Source: Phoronis australis (taxonomy: Eukaryota; Animalia; Phoronida). From it: 64,000 bases of DNA. The position numbers were made by a program, and so were the translations under genes. The stretch spans positions 196,073 through 260,072 of the forward strand of contig NMRA01000249.1 of assembly GCA_002633005.1 (NCBI GenBank). Direction: 5' to 3'. Below are positions 50,401 through 61,744 of this stretch, one piece after another. Under the pieces are notes generated by a model, which was not told where the DNA came from, searched no databases, and saw nothing but the letters and a program-made list of their open reading frames with translations. The stretch's first letter is position 1, and every line of letters begins with the position of its first letter.

Positions 50401-53400
50401 GTATACCCTCCCCATTGCCACTGACATAATGCTCTTTCATTTATACTGTGTTTTAGCTCACCCAGCCAATGTGTGTTATCAAGAGGTTGATCTCCCAAGG
50501 GATTTCCCATTTCATCTTCTACAATACATTCCTAATATCCATTACAGTCCCAGTTGTCATGGAAATGAAAACAGGTACAGCACAATAGCGCAATGCAGTG
50601 ATCAAATGTTCATTATTTTATTTAGAGGTAGTGATTAGTTTTCTTCATTAAAATTCATTGGGTTTTGTTTACTGAGCCTCTGGTGTTCTAGGTAAGAATC
50701 CTCAAAAGTATTGACACTGTTTTAAACATTAACTTTTTGCAGTAGAAAACAATTAATGTATTGTTGGCTGCTTCAATAGATTTGCATGGAGAATGCCACC
50801 CAAAAAACAACCTAGTCTGTATCAATTTAGATCGAGTAGTTCCACTCGATAACAGTAAGTACAGCTCATTTACCTGACACCTGACGGCAGACTTAGGTGT
50901 TGAAATTAACCAATCACGTCAGAGGTTCGAATGTAGTCTGTTCAGCAGTTCACAACACTCTTACTGGTGTCAGCTAATCGCTTGAATTCATCATTTTACA
51001 CCAATAAATCATTAAAATTTGATGTAAAACCCTTACAAATACATCAAGTTATTGAATAAATGTGTTATTTATTTCACTATTATGGATTTTTAGGTATTTG
51101 AACGTACCGCAATCTACAAAGTTTGGTAGGCCAATTTGCCAAGGTCGGTCGCGGGAGTTTGGGGTCTGTTCGGTGATGAATTCAAATTATTCGTCCGTGA
51201 AATACAGACAGGAGAGCATAGCTGTGCGTTGTAATTTTAGTCTTGTGATTTTTCAGTTCTAAACACACAAAACGCTCGTTATCCCGGCCAGTGGCTTGGA
51301 ATAACCTGATCAGGCCCATGGGGCCAGACTGAAGACATCGTGAACATAAACTAACCAAAGTGGGAAACTACACTTCCAGTCACGAACAGACTATACTAGT
51401 GAGCCAAAGAAAAAATGTGCACGTGATTATTTTGGTGAATTGGCCGTGAAACTACAATTAACATATTTCAACTGGCAATTATTTTTTTATGGTTTTCCAT
51501 ATTTTGACTTTTTCATTAATTCGTGATTCAACGTTAGTCAATGCTTCTCCAATACTATTTGAAACTGGTCAAGCTAACTAATACTAAGTGATTGAAAGCC
51601 TTTTTTGCTTCGAACTAACATCAGTTAGTCACAATTCTCCACTGTGTTGTTTGACCAAGGTGAAAAATTCTATAAAGTAGATTCGTGCCATCGACTAACG
51701 CTATCCATGGGTAACGTTAGTCAGAATTCACCACTGTACATTCATGCCATCGACTAACACTATCCATGGAGAATGTTAGTCAGAATTCTTCAGTACCAGG
51801 TTGGTTCATGTCATCCACTAACTGTAAATATGACTGACCTCTTTCTAAGTTGAACTTAACCACTGCTGTCAACACCTCATTAACTACATGTGTATAACTG
51901 GCCTCATGTTTGGAACTGGCCTGATGAAAATATTGTTCATGTCTTACAAGAGGAATATCATCTTACTGCCATTGACTAACACTATCCATGGGGGAACGTT
52001 AGTCAGAATTCACCACTGTGCATTCACGCCATTGACTAACGCTATCCATGGAGGATGTTAGTCAAAATTCACCACTGACTGTACATTCATGTTATCGACT
52101 TACGCTATCCATGGGGAATGTTAGTCAAAATTCACCATTGTAGATTTATGCCATCCACCAATGTTATCCACGGGGAACGTTACTCGGAAAAAATTCTCCA
52201 GTGTAGGGTAATGCCATCGATTAAGTTCTCTGTGGGGAATGTTAGTTGGAATTCTCTATCGAAATTCTGATGCTTCATCAGCTGTAGCCACTGTCTTTGT
52301 ATTTCAAAAGGTTTGCTTTTTTGTAGGACATTAGCAAATCCCATCGCATAGCAGTGCAAATTTGACAGAATTGTAATAGCAGGAAAGGTTTTAAAACGAT
52401 ACGACCTGATCGCCATTTGTCGGATTTGTAATTTTGATTATGGCGGGGTTATTTCTGGAGTCAGCTATTTCAACTAATGATTTTTGCTCTAAATTAACTA
52501 GACAGTATCAATCCTATTTCTTAATGCATGAGGTAAACTACAATAACAACAAAACAGGAGACAAATTTGTAAAATTAGATATCTGAGGAAGGGTATCTGT
52601 GAATAGATAACATGATATAGAAGAAATACATTTTATTCTGAAAAAGCAATATGTATTTACACAGTACAAATCTTGCTAGTAATAGACAAACATTTTCTTA
52701 ATAGTTATTCTAATAATAATGAAATTTGATAAAATAGAATTTCAAGTGAAGAATTACTGTACGTTTTCATCCTGTCTTAGTCACATTCTTAACCATTACA
52801 AGAGTTATTCAATAAACTTGCCCTTACACACAAAGCCTTGAAGAGATCACCACAAGGGATATTTATATGTATATCTCCAAGCATTCTCCTAACGTGCCTC
52901 TCAACTCTTAACCTGACAGATTATTGTAAATGCAGTGATAGCACGCTTAACCCTTCCTTATCTGTCATATTTTTCTACTCTTCAATGAAGAATTAATGGC
53001 TTTATGATAAAAAGTGTATTTGTTCAGTGCTCAACATAGCAAACCATCACCTTTGCTGTAGATCTTGTCAGTGATGCTTTGAAAAAATTGTTTATTGAAG
53101 TATGTTAATCTGCTTTGCATTTTACCTAAAGAAGTCACTCAAACATTCATTGGTTGAACTAGAACTGTTTTAGTCTAATAGTATGCTACTCTTATAGTTG
53201 ACTACGATTATTTCCTAGTTTAATAGAAGTAAATTTTACACATTTTACAATTAAGCACATTATACCTTTGATTTAATTGCTGTTCAATATTTTTAGACAA
53301 CTTTACAAGATCAAGTCTAACAGATGAGAATCATTTTGTTCAACATGGCAAATTTGGACCTAAGCCAAGAGACTCCACAGGAACCTGAACATTTCAGAAG

Positions 53401-56400
53401 ACAATGCCAACTGGATCTTGGATTCGAAAATAAAGTAAAAAATATAAAATTAAAGTGACATTTATATCAACTAGTCGTGTAACAAAAATAATTTATGCTT
53501 TCAGTTAGGGCCAGATATTCAAAAACCCAAAGTCTTCATTTGTGTACCACTGCCAGCCTGTTCCAGTTACTTTCACGCAACACTTTGATAAATGCAGGCA
53601 ACCAGGCAACATTCTGAATATCGCATAATGGGGTATTGCAGTGAGCTTTCATGATGTCAACTATAGGTTTTTGGATAGGACATGTTTCAAAAGTGAATTT
53701 CAAAAACCATGTTGTCAATTTATCCAAAAGAGCTGTGTCATTTTTTCAATTATCCTTTCACTCTTAATACCAAAGCGTAGCTCATATGAGAATTGTCAGT
53801 GTTTAAGTGTCAAAACAGAATTGCTCAAAATACTTTGATTTATGCTGTTCATATATTTTTTATATTTTTCAAATGGTTAGAACAATTGCTTTAAAGGTAG
53901 CATCACTTTCCTTTAACAACTAAGTAGTTTTCTTATAACAAGTTAATGTATTGAAAATGTAACATAATGAAATCTCATTCGTTTGTCATACTGTGTCACA
54001 AACAGATATTTTTTCATTATGCATAAATGGTCTGAGTACTTATTTTTAACTGTATACCATCTTCCAGAGCACAGCTTTTCAGTCGTGTGTGAGTGACTGT
54101 GTGAAAGGGTATAGTTTAGCCACTGTGATTTTTTTCAGTCTACCAGCTCTTTATCGGTGCTATTCATGGTAGCACTCTACCCAAAAGATTGTTGGGCCAA
54201 AGTCGAAGAAATTTTTAAGTTGTTTGACCAGTCTGACTTCAGTTCTGGCAAGTCATCAGATGTTGTCCCATCCATGGGACAAACAGTAAGTTTGCAATTA
54301 TTATTTACCTTATCTCCTAATTGGGACAAGTTTTTAGTGCGTGATGTATGTATCCCAACAATGAGGATTTCCAAAAGAGAGCCTACCAAGAAAATTCTAC
54401 TTAGACAGAAATCAGTGATATATTTACAGCTAGTGGATGGCAAGAACCAACCTGGCACTGAAGAATTCTGACTAACGTTCCCTATGGATAGCGTTGGTCT
54501 ATGGCATGAATGTACTGTGGTGAATTCTGACTAACGTTCCCCATGGATAGCATTAGTTGATGACGTGAATGTACAGTCATATGGTGAATTCTGACTAATG
54601 TTCCCCATGGATAGTGTAAGTCGATGGTGTTCATATACAAAGGAGAATTACAACTAACATTTCCCACGGAAAACGTTAGTGAATGGCACAGATCTAGATT
54701 ATAGAATTTTGACGTCAGTCAAACAAAACATTGGAGTATTCTGTCTAACTGACGTTAGTTTGAAGCAAAAAAAGGCTTTCAGTCACCTAGTATTAGTTAG
54801 CTTGACCAGTTTCAACTGGTTTTGCAGGAGCATTTTGACTAACATTGAATCACGAATTAATGAAAAACTCAAAATTTGGAAAACCATTTGAAAAAATAAT
54901 TGCCAGTTGAAATAATAACATGTTAATTCTACTTACTAGCTCGTCAGAGGGTCATGAAGTCCGGTTACCTTTCCACAGAACCGTCAGGGCAAAAGTTGTA
55001 CAGTAACAATGATTCGAATAATGTATATGAATATCTAAATAGAAATACCCTAACATCTGACCTAGGATATAAAATCAAGTTATTATTTCACAGAAGATTT
55101 CTGTCAGCAAACACTGAATTGGCATGCGCTGACACAGCCTCGGTGCCCGGTCAATCAGTTTATTGCATCTAAAGCCGGTAACGCAGTGGTTTATTCATTG
55201 TTGGCTTCTCAAAACATTTGCACTCACGAACACCCCATGGCATTACAAATTGTATCTAATGAGTCCAGACTTTTTTTCAGTTTTATATAAGCATTGATTA
55301 GGGTGAGAATAATTCATTTTGAAACAGAACACACAAAACGTCAATGTGCCAACTTGCAATCCAGACTTGGACAATCCCGACTTCACAGGTCGATCGTTAG
55401 GTATCACAGGCTATCAGTTCGAACCGAAATACAATGATCAAGAAATAATTGAGAGGCTCCGTGAACTTGCACAGAAAAGGGAAGGCATATGGATAGTTCC
55501 GAAAATGGTTTGAATTGACTGCGAAGCTAACTGCACGATAATGGAAACGACTGTCGCTTGCGTTTGCTGCCGCATGTGACAAGCCTTCTTGGAGAAGCGC
55601 AGATGTGTCTCATGAACCATCCTGATTTTGCACCGCATCTAAAGGCGTGCTTAGGACGTTTTGTTTAGGGCTGAGAAAAAGATCTGCTGGTGAAAACGTC
55701 CGGTACCCGGAAGACCAAACAGAAGCCTCACGAACGAGTCAGTCATCAAACAGGTTACATATTAAAAAGTTAGGTTCTCACGCATTGAATTGATTGTTTA
55801 TGTTTTCACGGCCAACTACAATTCTCCATTATCAAAAACTGATCAATAACTGATCGACGAAATGCTGGCCACTGACAGACACGGAGAAGTTTCACGGCTT
55901 CATACTTGGTATTAAATGGCATACTTTTCATTCTTTACTACTGCGAGCGTCTTTCGAAGCATTATGGTCTCTCGGGTAATCAAAAAAATGATATACCCAC
56001 TTTCCTCACAGCTTCATAGTTTGCGCAAGCGAGAATGATACACCACACCATATTAGCGGCACTCACTCTGCAGAAGAACCACTGACGTCGCTGCATCATT
56101 TCTCACCTTCTTCACTGGTTAACGTGACACATCTTGGCGAGATAAGATTGACCGTATGCGAGGTGATGTGAATATAGAACAGTTATGACAGTAAAAAAGA
56201 CTAATTAAATCGGGTGGCATTCTCCTTTAAGTGTCTCAGTTATATATAACAGGCAAATTGTCAGTTCCTTTGAAGTCTGTCAACCCAGTGGCTGCTCATA
56301 TTTTGCTTTGGTTACAGGTGCTTAAGGATGGTGGTTCTTGTTTCTACACGAGATATCTTGGCTGGAGAAGAACTATTCTCAACCTACTTTACAGTGATTC

Positions 56401-56408
56401 ATTGCTGA
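44334..56408 (+). CDS. SETD9: SET domain-containing protein 9 (spliced, 6 coding exons, 798 nt, 265 aa)
   Basis: Exons 44334-44413, 46384-46652, 47532-47655, 49543-49658, 50457-50574, 56318-56408; all GT-AG and in frame. Diagnostic motifs YRFVPWIA, YPGTVYQPYEPVFFQSIRNPFIFRC, GQYVNN, ANVCYQE, GEELFSTY. Confidence 0.93.
45116..46057. mobile_element. Non-autonomous TIR element, ~270-bp TIRs, 9-bp TSD (AcademH- or MULE-like), in SETD9 intron 1
   Basis: TAGGCAATGACCATCG...CGATGGTCATTGCCTA; perfect TSD GCTCTTAGT at 45107-15 and 46058-66. Confidence 0.9.
46384..46652 (+). CDS. SETD9: SETD9 exon 2
   Basis: TVRSVPDRDQDRI...GFSVERCPSSIHNGGSGVVVTEGIVATGKVVALYP; cag/gtaagt. Confidence 0.92.
47532..47655 (+). 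CDS. SETD9: SETD9 exon 3
   Basis: TVYQPYEPVFFQSIRNPFIFRCIDNVYIDGNDKNLSKLMY; tag/gtaaag. Confidence 0.93.
48500..48725 (+). repeat. Degenerate (ATC)n microsatellite
   Basis: catcattaatcatcattgaattcaccatcattatcatcaccttcaacatcatcattc... Confidence 0.6.
49543..49658 (+). CDS. SETD9: SETD9 exon 4
   Basis: SCAHRDRHGPHFTCDMSWLTPLPVNPLNIGQYVNNQSK; tag/gtgagt. Confidence 0.93.
50457..50574 (+). CDS. SETD9: SETD9 exon 5
   Basis: HPANVCYQEVDLPRDFPFHLLQYIPNIHYSPSCHGNEN; tag/gtacag. Confidence 0.92.
51453..54931. mobile_element. Foldback element with long inverted arms containing ~56-bp tandem repeats
   Basis: 51453-51640 is the reverse complement of ~54740-54931; unit ccatcgactaacgctatccatggg.aacgttagtcagaattcaccactgtacattcatg on + at 51690-52260, inverted at 54460-54690. 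Confidence 0.8.
55350..55660 (+). pseudogene. Decayed P2X7 intracellular (ballast)/KolX-like Cys-rich coding fragment
   Basis: GYQFEPKY ... CEANCTIMETTVACVCCR ... CLMNHPDF in order, with stops and a frameshift. Confidence 0.55.
56318..56408 (+). CDS. SETD9: SETD9 exon 6 (terminal)
   Basis: CLRMVVLVSTRDILAGEELFSTYFTVIHC*; ttacag acceptor; candidate AATAAA at 57174 and ~57523. Confidence 0.92.
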
Positions 56409-58459
56409 GGTATTATGAAAGTTTCATCTTGTGGCTTGACTCCCTACCTAGCAGCCGTCAACCAATTGCCAGTCTCCTGCCAGTCGAACTGATTATCTAA
56501 CCAAGGCAGGGTTACTTCCATTATGCATATGGTATTCACTGCTGAGTCCTCAAGTATGGTTATCAATCTGAATAATTTTTATTTTATATCAAATGTGTAA
56601 TCTAGATTCAAGTAGCTTTGTATGTTTATTAATTGAATGAATTTCACAAGACACATTTTCAATTGTAAAATGCTTCTCAGAGATAATTGGTTTTATCTTG
56701 AAGCAATGTGTAATGTATTTTGCTAATGGAATTTATTTGGGTACTTAGTCATGCAATCTATATCTATTTGTGTAGAGTATGGTTAAGACACCTGAAACTA
56801 GAACCATCGTAAGTACAAGTATTGGGGTGTCTTTGAAACAAATTTGACCTTCCTGAACGAATTATTTCGTCATACTGTTCAATGTCCATCACAATAGTTG
56901 AAATGTTTTACTTATATTGTGAAAACTAAGTAAAAAAGATTCCTCTGCTAGGAGGTTGTTGGTCCAGTGAATGGAGGATTACCAGCTAGGTGTTAGCTGT
57001 TGTCTTTAGTGATGTTCAGTTACTAAACTTCACTGTTGCAGGCATAATTGAATTTTACCTTCAGGGTATTTTGTGTTCCAGGAATGAGTGCAGTCACTTC
57101 TCCATAGGACGCTTGATTATAAACTCAAAATATTTTGTGCAACACTTGAGCCTAATCCATTCTTTGTCAGTCTAATAAACCTATAGAATTTGTAATGTTA
57201 CTGAAGAGGAATTTTGACAGCGAAAACTGATCAAGAAAGCCTCATGTACATGTAACTCTTGTGTACTCCAGAGTAAAATTCCAAATTCCACTGAAATGTT
57301 CGTTTAGGGTACATGTACATCACTTGAGTGTTCCATGTGGTGAATATTTTCTTAATATCAGTCTACATGAAGGGGGTACATGTATGTTTATAAGGTTTCA
57401 AGTGTGTATACCAAAGATGTTCTTTATCATTTTTGAATACTTTAATTTATATTAATTTTTTTTGTATTGCACTCTCATAGTTATTGACGTGTTGATTGCG
57501 TTTTCTTGTTGAAAACTGACTTAATAAACTAGTACTGAAATTGAAAAATTCTTCTTCAGTGACACCTGTGGACTGACCAGTTGTACACCACAGAAGCACG
57601 GTTGAAATGCCCCTGTGTTAAAACTAAGCTTGAGAGCAAGCCTTAGGTGATGCGGGAGCAAGTTGATCTAATGATAGTGAGGATTTCACTCCCTCAGATT
57701 TCTGTTTCTTCTTTTGATTTCGTTCTGTAGGTACAAGACCCTAGTAAATTTAGTGAGGTCATGTGATTTGCTTATCAAGCCTGCGTGGCATATCTCATTA
57801 AGACTATAGGTTTCTGTGACTGGAAAGAACCGGTGGTTTATTGTAGCTTTAAAGCGTGTTGTCCTCTAGCAAATACGAACTGACAAATCCTTATTAAGTA
57901 TGAAGTCCGAACTAGCAAGGGGTGGAAACGATTCCAAGATCACGCCTCTACAGCCCAGGCTTAGCTATCACAAACCCAGTTTCTGGGCCAACAGACCTTG
58001 TAATCGCAACACAAATTCCATGAATGCATAGCCAAGTTTTCTCGTGAGGCCAAAAGAGCTGCTTTGAGTTTTTGCAATTTCTATCTGGATCATGGTCTAG
58101 TGCCTTATTCAATTACACAAAGTAAACAGCTGGTGCTGTAAGTCAAGTTTCTCCACAAAGCACTGAGTTCACTAGGAGAAGGATCGGGCTCAGAACCTGA
58201 AGTGCTGACGCCAGCCAACCCTTGTCATCCCCGACCGTAATGACTAAAACTCGGGATGCCCGTTTGGAGAAAACTTGGCTCTGATGCTCAAGCTTAACTC
58301 CGCACATGAACCGGCAATATTCCGCAATCATCTCCCAATGTGCCCATGGTGCGGCAATATAATCGTGTTCGCTCCTTCAAGCGTTACATGTGTAAAGTGC
58401 ACTCTGCATTTATTCCGTTCAGATTTCCAATGACGTGCAGACAGCTAAGATAACTGAGT

Positions 58460-60908
58460 TGACATTCTTCATGCACTAAAAGTGGTGCACTCTGTCTTGA
58501 AACGGGCCTCTACCCTCGGTCAAAATTAACCCGCTAAAGAATTTTGTGATTAAATCGAACAAGCGTGCCTGATTAGTAGATCTTTGAGCTCCTGTCTTAC
58601 TACATGTAGGTTGTCCAACCGTATGCATGTAAAACATGCCCCACCATCAGAGCTAACATTTACATACGTGGGTACATATTGCAACCATTTAGTTCGAGAG
58701 TCCTGCTATCGCCGTTGTATCTCCTCACCCCGTGTATTGACTTGTGGGTACAAATTCATCATGGCAAGGTCTTTTGAGATGTACATGTAACATGACAAAT
58801 TTGTTTTATGAAGCTGACGTCGGACTGAGACAACTTTCTTACATTTGCTCGAAAGACGTCGCTTAATGTTGTTGCCGATATTTTCTGGAAAGATGGCGCT
58901 TCTGTTGACGCCGGCCAGCCGACTAGAAACGATACCTTTAGAGAAAATGATGTTTCTATATATGCTCGCTGGCTCCCTGCGTGCCGCTACATGTAGGTGG
59001 TCAGTAGCCAGCGCGTATCACTTAATTGTTCTCGGGAATTTTTTTTACACCAGCGTTTCTGATTGGCTAGTCGAATTGTCAGCAGGCAGCGCTTTACGCA
59101 AACAAAGTGGCATGACTGATGGACTGAAGTGTAAATGTGGTCTCTTGTACACACAAATCGGTGGCGGTGCTTAAACTTTATGTCCAGGAAATGTAAATCC
59201 TAGAAATTGTGTTTGCTCCTTTCCGGAGTGCATCTTTCAGCTGTCGATGACTTTTGTTTACGATACTGTTCTTTATTCATACAATATGAATAACACACCA
59301 GTTAAATCGGCCAGATATGCGTTTACTGTACATGTATGTGCTCCAAGCACGCGGCTATTAGGCTAAACATCACTGCAGAAACGAAATAGTTGCAGCGACG
59401 CCACTTGCATGACAAGGCTAAAAATCATTCACTATACGCCATTTTTTTCACGTTGTTGTAAAGCTAACCAATGACTGCTGAGGTTACATCAACCAATGCC
59501 AAAGCGCCTGCCACTGCGTGGTACCTGCGTGGTGGCTAGAGTACTTTATGTGAGATTTCTTAAAATTACAAGAGCATTTTAAATCAACTTATTTATGAAC
59601 TTTGGCAGCAAATGCCGACTTGTATGAGAACCTATGCAGAATGGTGAATGTTGGCCAATTCCCCTTTTGTCCACTGACGTCACAAGCATACTGGCGCCCC
59701 CAGTGGAGGCCCTGAAAACTCGTAAATAAACCGAGTTCATGAACCCGGTAGTATCCAGCCTAGCAACGGCCGAGCCGAGCTGGCGAACGGACTTGTATTT
59801 ATTGTGGGACGTTGAGGATCGTTTTTTTTTTCTAAAAACATAATGCATGGTATATAATAATGGATGGTATATAGTATCAATTAATTATGATTGAAAGATG
59901 CCTTTTTAGTCGAGCGTAAACGAGGCTATTTCGCGTGGGGATAAAACTNTTGACATTCTCCATGCACTAAAAGTGGCGCACTCTGTCTTGAAACGGGCCT
60001 CTACCCTCGGTCAAAATTAACCCGCTAAAGAATTTTGTGATTAAGTCGAACAAGCGTGCCTGATTAGTAGATCTTTGAGCTCCTGTCTTACTACATGTAG
60101 GTTGTCCAACCGTGTGCATGTAAAACATGCCCCACCATCAGAGCTAACATTTACATACGTGGGTACATATTGCAACCATTTAGTTCGAGAGTCCTGCTAT
60201 CGCCGTTGTATCTCCTCACCCCGTGTATTGACTTGTTGTTGGCGATATTTTCTGGAAAGATGGCGCTTCTGTTGACGCCGGCCAGCCGACTAGAAACGAT
60301 ACCTTTAGAGAAAATGATGTTTCTATATATGCTCGCTGGCTCCCTGCGTGCCGCTACATGTAGGTGGTCAGTAGCCAGCGCGCACGTATCACTTAATTGT
60401 TCTCGGGAATTTTTTTACACCAGCGTTTCTGATTGGCTAGTCGAATTGTCAGCAGGCAGCGCTTTACGCAAACAAAGTGGCATGACTGATGGACTGAAGT
60501 GTAAATGTGGTCTCTTGTACACACAAATCGGTGGCGGTGCTTAAACTTTATGTCCTGGAAATGTAAATCCTAGAAATTGTGTTTGCTCCTTTCCGGAGTG
60601 CATCTTTCTGCTGTCGATGACTTTTGTTTACGATACTGTTCTTTATTCATACAATATGAATAACACACCAGTTAAATCGGCCAGATATGTGTTTACTGTA
60701 CATGTATGTGCTCCAAGCACGCGGCTATTAGGCTAAACATCACTGCAGAAGGAAATAGTTGCTGCGACGCCACTTGCATGACAAGGCTAAAAATCATTCA
60801 CATTACGCCATTTTTTTCACGTTGTTGTAAAACTAACCAATGACTGCTGAGGTTACATCAACCAATGCCAAAGCGCCTGCCACTGCGTGGTACCTGCGTG
60901 GTGGCTAG
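58460..60908 (+). repeat. ~1-kb near-identical direct duplication (58460-59538 vs 59950-60908), probable uncollapsed haplotypes
   Basis: Second copy begins at the single N (59949); few substitutions plus a ~120-bp indel (58746-58868). Confidence 0.85.
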
Positions 60909-61744
60909 GCACGTAGGGAAACAGCGAGTTTCCTATACGACCACTGCAGCGCCCCCTGTGGCAATTTTAGGTTTAGTTGAATGTACGGTGTTTTCTCTAT
61001 AAGTTCGTACACAATTTTTCCCCTTCAGAGCTTCCTGCACGAATTAATAGAGGCAAAATTGGCCGTACGAACTATGAGAGAAGAAAGTCAAGTGTTCGAA
61101 TTATTAGAGATAAAGATTGAGGATAACAATGAGTGCAACGACCAACTCCGAGTCCGAGACGGTAGTTTAGCAATGTGAATTATAACAACAAGGAACACAT
61201 TATTTTCCCAGGTGGTGGATTTACTTCAATGTATAATACTTGAACGCTTTGTCACTTTATTTTCTTCCCATGTTCGCAAACTTCAGGAACCACGCCGCAT
61301 TTGGAACCTCCGTTTTCCGCGATGTCGTCTGCCGCACTTAGTTTCCGACTGCAGTGGACTAGATAAAACATGTATTCGAAAAAATCAGGCCAGAGAAATG
61401 TGACGGTGGTTTTGCATATTGTTGTGAAATTCGGAAGCATATGCTTAAGAACCTGGAAATGGCTGGCGACTTTTTGGAAAGATACGATTACCGCTTTCTC
61501 TGGCGTTCCTTGTGACACTCGTGAAATTTGACTTGCGACTTTTTGCAGCAATTGATAAGTTGACCAAAACTCTACATAAAACTCATTAATCAAAACAGGA
61601 TTAGTCAAATTACAGTTGGGCCTACTGTAAAGTAAAATGATACTTTCCGTAGTTATATTCGTTCGTTGGTTGTTTACGGCCTATCGTAATCAATCAGTCA
61701 AAAAGTATTAGACTAACGCAGTTTCAATAATTTTATTACGCGCA

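Larger units (their letters stand above)
50787..56226. mobile_element. Kolobok-like DNA transposon relic filling SETD9 intron 5
   Basis: TIR ggagaatgccaccc (50788) / gggtggcattctcct followed by TTAA (56227-30; left TTAA degraded); internal P2X7-ballast/KolX-like remnant at ~55350-55660. Confidence 0.55.

Noticed and set aside
58584-60544. Duplicated ORFs suggesting a tandem gene pair
   Set aside because: No domain or splice structure; they lie in a probable haplotype duplication.
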